DNA of 64,000 nucleotides from Methanobacteriota archaeon (GTDB lineage: Archaea; Thermoplasmatota; Thermoplasmata; Methanomassiliicoccales; UBA472), in the NCBI GenBank assembly GCA_021372315.1, contig JAJFUT010000109.1, positions 3,759 through 67,758 of the forward strand, in the 5' to 3' direction. Each line of letters begins with the position of its first letter. Position 1 is the stretch's first letter. Of this stretch, positions 46,201-52,617 are shown one piece after another. The notes below the pieces were generated by a model. It made no database searches. It saw nothing but the letters and a program-made list of their open reading frames with translations, and had not been told where the DNA came from. Position numbers and translations under genes: made by a program.

Positions 46201-47316
46201 GCTGGAGTGCATCTCGAGGCAGAATTCGCCCAGGCCGCAGCTGTCGAGCCTTCTCTTCACGACCTCCAGGGCGGCCATCTTCTCCGCGACGAACAGGACG
46301 GACTTGCCCTTAGCTAAGGACTCCGCGATGATGTTCGCGATCGTCTGGCTCTTGCCAGTGCCCGGAGGCCCGATGAGCACGAGGTTCTCCCCGCGCTTGA
46401 CGGCCTCGACAGCCTCCTGCTGGCTCGAGTCCGCCTCCAATATCTGATAGGTAGTGATGGGATCGAGCTCCCCCCCGGCAGGAGCGGTCCCTTCCGGCGG
46501 GACCCGCGAGAGATCGCCGGCGAGCGCCCTGAGGAGAGGGTGCTGCCTGATGGCGTCGGTGTTGCTTCTCAGGTCCTTATAGATGACGACCTTGGAGAAC
46601 ATGAACAGTCCGAGCAGAGGCTTCCCGATCTGAACGACCCAGCCGTTCCTCTTCATCAAGATGGCGGCAAGCGAGTTCAGGTAATCCAGGATGCTGAACC
46701 CCTCCAGGTCATCGGGCAGGGGCGGCAGGTCGGTGTTCATCTCCTTCCTGACCTTGAGCGCGAGCGCAGGGTTGAGGACGATCTCCTCCCCTATCACCTC
46801 AATAGTGTAGGACGATATCATCCCTTTCCTCGAGAGCTTGACCGGGGCTAACAGCAGCGGGGCCATGTGGACCTCGTCCTTCTCGTCCTTCCAGTTCAGC
46901 GTTCCGAACGTGACGAAGAGGGCGTCGACGCCCCTTTCCCTCCTGATGAGATTGGACTTTGAACGGAGGTTCCTGAGCACCTTCTCGGTGTTGGGGTTGA
47001 GCGTCGACGGCACCTCTCTCCCGTTCAGCACCGTAACGTTGTTGGAGAGGTCGCATTCCCTTCCGCCTGAAGGGTCCTCCCTGAACTCGTCCCTGAACTT
47101 CTCGCAATGGAGGGAAAGTGTCTTCCGATCGAGAACGAGACCGTTGAAGATGTCCTTCATTTCGGAACCGTTGATGATTATCGTCGCGGACTTCGTCATC
47201 CTGTAGTTCAGGAGCTTGTTGCTCATGCTGAGGTCGATCAGCTTCGACCCCCAGTCCGCGATCTTCTCGTCCAAGGTCATCTTCGTCTGCGTCACTTTAT
47301 TCCCCCTGCTGGTCAT
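43264..47316 (-). CDS. DUF4011-type N-terminal domain + Upf1-like SF1 helicase + C-terminal Vsr/DUF559-like (REase-fold) domain
   Basis: 1350 aa. N-terminus LIDLSMSNKLLNYR and GVDALFVTFGTLNW...APLLLAPVKL. Walker A GPPGTGKSQT, Walker B VIFDEASQI, GDNRQLPPT, WHYRSRQESLISFSN, GDERDVMIFSVGYG, RRLNVAITRARR. Tail IRVDVAVMD...YLIGVLCDGTSY...ARDREIVREGVLKNLGWNTIRVWSRDW. Confidence 0.85.
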   Translation of the reverse strand: MTSRGNKVTQTKMTLDEKIADWGSKLIDLSMSNKLLNYRMTKSATIIINGSEMKDIFNGLVLDRKTLSLHCEKFRDEFREDPSGGRECDLSNNVTVLNGREVPSTLNPNTEKVLRNLRSKSNLIRRERGVDALFVTFGTLNWKDEKDEVHMAPLLLAPVKLSRKGMISSYTIEVIGEEIVLNPALALKVRKEMNTDLPPLPDDLEGFSILDYLNSLAAILMKRNGWVVQIGKPLLGLFMFSKVVIYKDLRSNTDAIRQHPLLRALAGDLSRVPPEGTAPAGGELDPITTYQILEADSSQQEAVEAVKRGENLVLIGPPGTGKSQTIANIIAESLAKGKSVLFVAEKMAALEVVKRRLDSCGLGEFCLEMHSSNPTKQDVLESMLRPLEMVDHRTEGQDEFKLNHLRTVREELNAYVAMLHSPQGPMEMSAHHAYGELASLHDYPQIVFDLPGTLTFTRERMDSAEHAIQRLISSRSVLVEREIHPWRDCDLKNLGPAEQAELIVRLEDVFKEIEKLLAISSAFCPKAGMEVPKSLDSMRKFSALLSVAGGSPLPPRNWFAKGEAERLLDIAMKLLTATDESNTNEAYILTRYKKEFLDFDGTAYADRFEKQYTSFLRIFRTSYRIDMKAINMLSTTGKVGFKDARRDVLALRKYQRAKTLLADVEKNGVEWFGRYNGDMGKDVGPVISALRWTKSFMDMPGYDGSWVKVVAEGTELREDVVGNGPTALRAMKDLDLALGSARNLFVDNLRAFDGSSEMIRLRTFAKGHVDAKARLAEWVEFRETEAMLRAEGLGSLYEEVLKRQPALSDLKPMFRKRFFQLWLQELHAKEQALGRFNSSEHMDRISKYKQLDKDSREISKARLRKLLFDKIKNNRMNADERWRQEEGYLIGLKGSKKRPAVREMIARSPTVLGVAKPCFMMSPISVSQFLPPPEKVQFDVVIFDEASQIVPEDAICCILRGKQLVVVGDNRQLPPTRFFDRISETDDEDELEDLESILDECGTIGLKQRMLLWHYRSRQESLISFSNRHLYGGKLITTPSAEPSRPGEGIELIHVKDGVYDRGGRRDNRIEAAIVADTVIDQYLAYPEMSLGVVAFSVAQQDAVLDVLEYKVKAMSRDRPELANLFDDEGSEPFFVKNLENVQGDERDVMIFSVGYGKDGNGTMTLNFGPLNQEGGARRLNVAITRARRSVKVVSSIMSRDIQVGQNGPLGVVLLRDYLDHAESKGGRVAMTPQEIALSKSMLEGSIASALTARGHQVARNVGSSSIRVDVAVMDPAQKGRYLIGVLCDGTSYTAGRNARDREIVREGVLKNLGWNTIRVWSRDWALDRERTLDRIEEAVKVAIKRQADK

Positions 47317-47548
47317 TCATCGCATGGGTAATAATGGATTTGCTCCAAGAACCCTTTAAAGGAATCATTGGGAATGGCAGGCCGTCCGATCGGAACGGCG
47401 CCGCAGGGGTTAGTTCGTTGACCCAGATTCGACGTCGGATGCGCCATGCCGTCTTTTTATAATAAAAAAAATATTAATAACCTATTTAAACATGGACGTA
47501 TTAAATAATACGTTTGTCATAGTGTAAAGCTCACCCCGAGGTTGTTTA

Positions 47549-48640
47549 ATGATTCGTTTTGGTCCAGCTGGTATTCCTCTCTCTTGTAAGGGGAGGACGT
47601 TAAAAGACGGAATCGAGGACGTCCACAATCTAGGCCTTAACGCCATGGAGGTCCAGATGGTCAGGGTCAATGTAGTCGAAAGGGTGCCTGACGAAGAGGA
47701 GGTGGGCCTGACCCCGATGGACGTGGAGAGCGACCTCATCATAGAGATGCTCCGCCAGGTCAAGAAGAAGAATACCATCATCACGAACGTCAACGATAAG
47801 ATCAAGGCGGACGACACCCTCATCACGCTGGCCTCCGGTCTCGTTCAGAACTTCAAGGAGCTGAAGGGATTGGGGACGATGGGGAAGGAGCTCGACGTGG
47901 AGCTCACCATGCACACTCCGTATTATATGGACCTCACCTCCGGCAACGAGCTCACTAAGAAGAGCATCGACAGCATCAGGTGGGCCGGCCTGCTCACGAA
48001 CCACATGGAAGGGTCCATGGTCGTCTCTCACATCGGTCTCTATGGCGACCCCCAGAAGATGAGCAAGAAGCAGGCTTACAAGGTCATCAAGGAGAACATC
48101 GAAGGCGTGATGGCGTTCTGGAGCAAGAACAAGATCAAGGCGAAGCTCGGCTTCGAGACGTCCGGAAGGCAGGAGGTGTTCGGCAGCCTGGAGGAGCTGA
48201 TACAGCTCAGCGACGAGATAGACGGCATCGTGCCGGTGCTCAACTTCGCTCACCTCCATGCCAGGCAGAACGGGACCCTCAGGGAGCCGCAGGACTTCGG
48301 CGAGCTCTTCGACAGGCTTAAAACCTATGTCGGCGGGCACTATTACACTCATTTCGCAGGCGTCGAGCATGAGGGAGGGAACGAGAAGAGGGTCACTCCC
48401 ATCAAGAAGGGAGACCTTCGCTTCGAGCCCTTGGCCGAGTACCTGGCCGACGAGAATCCCGAATGCACGATAATCTCCAGCTCGCCGCTGCTCGAGCACG
48501 ACGCGATGTACATGAAGGTCATCTACGAGCGCGTCATGACGAAGAAGGTCTGCAAGGACACGAAGGCGGGCAAGAAGGACAAGTCTAAGTCAAGGGACGA
48601 CGACGATGACTATTATGACGACGACAAGGACGTTGATTGA
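47549..48640 (+). CDS. endonuclease IV-like TIM-barrel (xylose-isomerase-like) protein with an internal insertion and a charged tail
   Basis: 363 aa. MIRFGPAGIP...LNAMEVQMV, ...LTMHTPYYMDL, VVSHIG, GFETSG, NFAHLHA, THFAGVEH. C-terminal KAGKKDKSKSRDDDDDYYDDDKDVD. Confidence 0.7.
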   Translation: MIRFGPAGIPLSCKGRTLKDGIEDVHNLGLNAMEVQMVRVNVVERVPDEEEVGLTPMDVESDLIIEMLRQVKKKNTIITNVNDKIKADDTLITLASGLVQNFKELKGLGTMGKELDVELTMHTPYYMDLTSGNELTKKSIDSIRWAGLLTNHMEGSMVVSHIGLYGDPQKMSKKQAYKVIKENIEGVMAFWSKNKIKAKLGFETSGRQEVFGSLEELIQLSDEIDGIVPVLNFAHLHARQNGTLREPQDFGELFDRLKTYVGGHYYTHFAGVEHEGGNEKRVTPIKKGDLRFEPLAEYLADENPECTIISSSPLLEHDAMYMKVIYERVMTKKVCKDTKAGKKDKSKSRDDDDDYYDDDKDVD

Positions 48641-48645
48641 GAGTG

Positions 48646-49182
48646 ATGGGTAGCTCGGCGTACATCCTCAGCGAGGTCGAGGCCGCGATCGAGAAGGTCG
48701 GCGACTCGAAGGTCGAAGAGATCGTCTCGGCGATCGTCTCGGCAAAGAAGATATTCATCTTCGGTGTCGGTCGTTCGGGGCTGGTCGGGCAATCCTTCGC
48801 CGTGCGCCTTGTCCAGATGGGGCTTGACGTCCATTTCGTCGGAGATATGACCACGCCGATAGTCGAAAAGGACGATCTTGTCATCATCATCTCGAACACT
48901 GGTGAGACCATGTCGGCCGTTCAGACGGCCAACATCGTCCGCCGCATAGGGGCGACGGTCCTGACGATCACATCATCAGTTCATTCAAAGCTTGCGATCG
49001 CTTCGACGATAGTCCTGGTCATCCCTCCGTTCAAGGACGAGAAGAGGAAACAGCTAGCACCGCTGGGAACTCTCTTCGAGGTCTCGACAGGGATAATATT
49101 GGACTCGCTGGTCCCGGTCATAATGCAGAAGCTGAACCTCACCGAGGCTTCCCTCAGAAAGAGGCACGCGATCTGGGTGTGA
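48646..49182 (+). CDS. hxlB: 6-phospho-3-hexuloisomerase (SIS domain)
   Basis: KIFIFGVGRSGLVGQSFAVRLVQMGLDVHFVGDMTTP, DLVIIISNTGET. ATG at 48646; an in-frame TTG at 48637 is the alternative start. Confidence 0.8.
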   Translation: MGSSAYILSEVEAAIEKVGDSKVEEIVSAIVSAKKIFIFGVGRSGLVGQSFAVRLVQMGLDVHFVGDMTTPIVEKDDLVIIISNTGETMSAVQTANIVRRIGATVLTITSSVHSKLAIASTIVLVIPPFKDEKRKQLAPLGTLFEVSTGIILDSLVPVIMQKLNLTEASLRKRHAIWV

Positions 49183-49195
49183 CTGTCAAATTAAA

Positions 49196-50007
49196 TCATC
49201 GGTCATCCAGCTCTTCAATGAACTTTTTGATCGTCACATAGCTCTCTGCTTGGTCCCTCTTTCTCTGTTCCTCATCATTTCCAGATAAGAACCTTCCAAC
49301 CCAAGAAGGGCCCTCGGCATCGATCGATCTGAATTTCTTCCTAATCTTTCACATGCCCAATTGCATGCTATGCTCATTTAGGAACGGTTTTACCTTCCGG
49401 CCTATTGCACCAGGATTCTCGAGACACTGCGAAACTACGGAGTAAATGTAATAATCATCTTTCTCCTTGTATCGTTCACTCAGCACTACTCCTTTCATTC
49501 CAATGCACCCCGTGATATCCAACACTTTTATTGTAGAGCTCGACACTCCATTACCTGGAAGAAACCATCGAAAATTCTTATCAAGATTATGTTGAAATGC
49601 AATATCGCATCCGTTTGCGGTCCTTGCAGGAGGTGTTCTTTGTATCACCCTATGTCTATGTTTCCCCGAATCAATTGACGGGCTTGTCAAAAATCTATAG
49701 AGATGGGATATACCACACCGTTTGATCTTGATACCACTTTCTTTTCGAAACTGAATGAGATCGTTTGTCCATCTTTCCCTCTACTCTCAGTATATCCTCG
49801 TTCCTGGACAAGATCGATAATTGTTGAATATTCATCGTCCCTCATCAGTTCTGGATTGACGGCTAGGTCAATATCGACGGATCCGACGTGGGTGATCCCT
49901 CCCCTGCCGAACTCCTCTATGAGGAAGAATGGTGCCCAACCCCCAACAAGCACCAGCGCTTCTCGATACGAACTCGGGGTCAATGACAATTCCAACAGGG
50001 CCGACAA
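49196..50007 (-). pseudogene. AbiEii/AbiGii-like nucleotidyltransferase toxin gene, broken by a frameshift and an in-frame stop
   Basis: ORF 49687..50007 carries LVLVGGWAPFF...HVGSVDIDLAV (NTase GG/GS...DxD) and ends ISIDF*. The +1 frame continues LTSPSIDSGKHRH...IKVLDITGCIGMKGVVLSERYKEKDDYYIY. The switch lies in an A5 run at 49689-49693. A TGA at 49346-49348 is followed by 49 more open in-frame codons, to 49199. Confidence 0.6.
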
Positions 50008-50060
50008 TGATGTCTCAGAAACACCAGTACCATAATCGGACGACGATCTTGGCTGCCCAA

Positions 50061-51101
50061 CTAAACTCCCAATATCTTCTCTCTGATGGCTTCAGCCTGC
50101 TCCCTTCCACGTTGAGGATAGTTGTTGAGGTCTAAGTAGAGCTGAATGTTGGACACTACTCTCACTCCATCTATCGATCGGGCGCTTCTCAGTATCCCAT
50201 CGTCCTTTGGTTCCATCAGATAGACATTGCCGCCAAATTCAACAGGCTCTAAACCCAGATTGTTTATTACAGCGGAAAAATCATTGCAGTACAAGTACAC
50301 ATCAACTGACCTCACAACTGGAAGGACCAACTGGGCAGCAGCTCCTAGGGTAAGAGCATAATCGTCCTCGATCTCCCTCAGCTTTGAAAATATTTGTTCA
50401 TAGCCTTTAAGAGGCGAATAATACCCGACGATCTTCTGATCATCATAGCTATATCTATCGGCCATCAGATCAAGTAAACCAGAAGGGTCTGAGATCCTTA
50501 TCGCGCCTCTCTTTTTATCAATGTACTTTTCAGCTTCGAGGCTATCCAGCACCTTATACACTTGAGCCAGGCTTACCGAGCAGTAGTTCGATAATTCCTG
50601 CATCGTCCATCTCTTCTCCGGATTCTCGAGCATGCTCCTGATGATCAAAGAACTCTTCAGAGAGAGCAGGTTCTTTTGTTTCCTCTCGATTTTATATTTG
50701 TTACTGCTACCCCACTGATTAATATATACATTATCATATTTTAAATAGATATTCCCTGACAGGTCAATGCACCCGATATTGGACCTTTCGCACAATCGTC
50801 TTCCTCGTTCGCTGATGAAAGGCGCAACCAGGACAGGATAATGGTCTGCCCTGGATCGATCGCCAATTCGACCCGCGAACTCAGCGATGGATCTAGGTTC
50901 CCCATTTGAGCGGAACTCGAGCAACAATTTCTTTTTCTGATTTCCGATCATGAAATTGGCGATTAGATAGGTCCTGCCATCCTTGCTCACATTATCTGGA
51001 TCTCTTTCCCATTTGATTATCCCTAAGTGGGACAGCAATGTTTCTACCTTTTTTTCATATTCCGTCTCTTTCATAATTTTCACTATATTACTAATATTCA
51101 C
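50061..51101 (-). CDS. AbiEi-like antitoxin/transcriptional regulator (central wHTH) with an extra N-terminal domain
   Basis: 346 aa. wHTH WTMQELSNYCSVSLAQVYKVLDSLEAEKYI. C-terminal part with VSNIQLYLDL, as in AbiEi-type proteins. It lies directly upstream of the NTase gene. The family assignment is from memory of the architecture, not a search. Confidence 0.5.
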   Translation of the reverse strand: MNISNIVKIMKETEYEKKVETLLSHLGIIKWERDPDNVSKDGRTYLIANFMIGNQKKKLLLEFRSNGEPRSIAEFAGRIGDRSRADHYPVLVAPFISERGRRLCERSNIGCIDLSGNIYLKYDNVYINQWGSSNKYKIERKQKNLLSLKSSLIIRSMLENPEKRWTMQELSNYCSVSLAQVYKVLDSLEAEKYIDKKRGAIRISDPSGLLDLMADRYSYDDQKIVGYYSPLKGYEQIFSKLREIEDDYALTLGAAAQLVLPVVRSVDVYLYCNDFSAVINNLGLEPVEFGGNVYLMEPKDDGILRSARSIDGVRVVSNIQLYLDLNNYPQRGREQAEAIREKILGV

Positions 51102-51167
51102 CGAGTGGTGAAAATAATATGGATGGTGAAAGTAAAAACTATTATCCCAACACTGTCTAGAAATAAT

Positions 51168-51812
51168 TCACTGTTCCGAGCGCTTCTTGCGCGCCATGAC
51201 GGTCTCCCCGTAATAGGGGTTCTGGTACTCGTCCCAATATATGGCGAAGGGCCTTTCTTCGACCGATCCTTCCTTCAATCTGAAGACGGCGATCTCGACG
51301 TTAACGGGGTCGATGACAAGGGCCGAATGGTATGGGCCGCTGAACATCTTCGTCTGAGTGTCAACATCGACCTGCGAAAGGAAGCAGCCATGCCCCGGGT
51401 GGGAATGGTACCATCCGACAATGACGTAGTTGAAGCAGGAGTCATCCATCGATTCGAAAAGCCTCTCGAATCCTTCACGATCGAACTTCACGCTGACAGA
51501 GGTGGCATCCAGGTCCGTCGTGGCCACGTCCCTTACCAGAGCGTAGGTCTTGCCGCCATCCTCATAGATGGAGCCGAGCAGAAAGCCCATGACCTCGACC
51601 ACATCGTCCTTCTTGCTAAGCGCATGATTGCGGATCCTCTCTTCGGCCGTCTTGGAGATGTAGAGCTCGAATGCGCCATCGCTCTCGGCGTAGGATCTCA
51701 TGGATTCTTCGGACAGCCACTTATGGGGCCTGCATCTTTCCTTTGGTGGTCTAGGCCTCTTCTCGACGGCGAGGTCCGTCGATGCAGTGATGATGGGCTT
51801 CCTCCTGATCAT
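51168..51812 (-). CDS. JAMM/MPN+ metalloprotease (Rpn11/JAB-like deubiquitylase candidate)
   Basis: An internal ATG at 51812 forms an ATGA overlap with the E2 stop. Glu in VVEVMGFLLG. JAMM motif HSHPGHGCFLSQVD (HxHx7SxxD). Confidence 0.85.
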   Translation of the reverse strand: MIRRKPIITASTDLAVEKRPRPPKERCRPHKWLSEESMRSYAESDGAFELYISKTAEERIRNHALSKKDDVVEVMGFLLGSIYEDGGKTYALVRDVATTDLDATSVSVKFDREGFERLFESMDDSCFNYVIVGWYHSHPGHGCFLSQVDVDTQTKMFSGPYHSALVIDPVNVEIAVFRLKEGSVEERPFAIYWDEYQNPYYGETVMARKKRSEQ

Positions 51813-52312
51813 CTTATCACCCTTGGCTGAACGGTCTTCGCCACAGGGGCCGCCTTCAGGCCCTCCTTGTTGAAATGTTCCGCGGCCATGGTGCAAGAAT
51901 CTGTGCCGAACGGACTGGAGCCGTTCGGAGATAGTAGGAGCGATTCGATACCTTTCAGGAAGCTGAGCAGCGAGGAGTTGAAGTTCCATTCGCTAAGAAG
52001 CCTCGTGCAGACGTGGCCTCCATCATCGGGCTGCATGATGTTGGGGTGGAAGATCGGCGTCTTCCAGATGACGAGAGGTTTTTCGAACGGATATTCTCGC
52101 CCGATGATCATCCTGAAGCTATGGGTGTATCGATAGGTCACCCTCCCGCCTTCGTATACCGGGCCAGGCAGATGATTGAACGTGATGTCGAGATCGAGCG
52201 GGAAGCTGTCCAGCCCTTCATCCGATATCTCGATGGTCGCCTTCGTGGCCAGCCGGCAGGCCGAGATCTCGTTCTTCAACCTTGACTTTAGGATCTCCTC
52301 CGGGAGCGTCAT
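51809..52312 (-). CDS. UBC-fold E2 ubiquitin-conjugating enzyme homologue
   Basis: 167 aa. YPFEKPLVIWKTPIFHPNIMQPDDGGHVCTRLLSEWNFNSSLLSFLKGIESLLLSPNGSSP. It has the HPN motif, a catalytic-position Cys, and the LLxxPNxxxP helix of eukaryotic E2s. Confidence 0.85.
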   Translation of the reverse strand: MTLPEEILKSRLKNEISACRLATKATIEISDEGLDSFPLDLDITFNHLPGPVYEGGRVTYRYTHSFRMIIGREYPFEKPLVIWKTPIFHPNIMQPDDGGHVCTRLLSEWNFNSSLLSFLKGIESLLLSPNGSSPFGTDSCTMAAEHFNKEGLKAAPVAKTVQPRVIR

Positions 52313-52545
52313 GCACCGCCCTCGGGGTCGGGGATGAGCTCAAGTTCATCATTATCGGATATCCCGGCCTCGGTCACGGTCTGCTGTCCTCTCAACAGCT
52401 TCTTCCCCTTCCTGATGACGTAAGCTCCCTCTTCCTTGTTCCAGAAAGAAGCCGCGCCTTCGATGATCTCCTGGACCGTGTTATCGGCCTCAAGTTCCAT
52501 GTCGACCGTTCCACCGGTCTCAGCGTTCCTGATCTTCAACTTCAT
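52309..52545 (-). CDS. ubiquitin-like beta-grasp protein ending -Gly-Gly-Ala
   Basis: 78 aa, MKLKIRNAETGGTVDMELEADNTVQEIIEG...ELELIPDPEGGA*. The length and hydrophobic pattern resemble ubiquitin. A diglycine lies one residue from the C-terminus. Confidence 0.8.
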   Translation of the reverse strand: MKLKIRNAETGGTVDMELEADNTVQEIIEGAASFWNKEEGAYVIRKGKKLLRGQQTVTEAGISDNDELELIPDPEGGA

Positions 52546-52617
52546 CGACCCACATCTGAGGGGAAAAAACAGCTGCCCATTCTTAATCGTTTTCGATTAG
52601 AATCATATTATTGATAA

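Larger units (their letters stand above)
49183..51167. other. AT-rich accessory islet carrying an AbiE-like pair
   Basis: A hand count of 50401-50500 gives 42% GC, against 62% at 12001-12100 and 59% at 45001-45100. The islet is bounded exactly by the stop codons of hxlB and the JAMM gene. No integrase or transposase is present. Confidence 0.5.

Noticed and set aside
47333-47476. 47-codon plus-strand ORF (MDLLQEPFKGIIGNG...) in the helicase upstream spacer
   Set aside because: It has no SD or TATA context and no motif, and it is too short to separate from chance.
47630-48499. 289-aa minus-strand ORF
   Set aside because: It is antisense to the EndoIV-like gene and shows a shadow-ORF composition.
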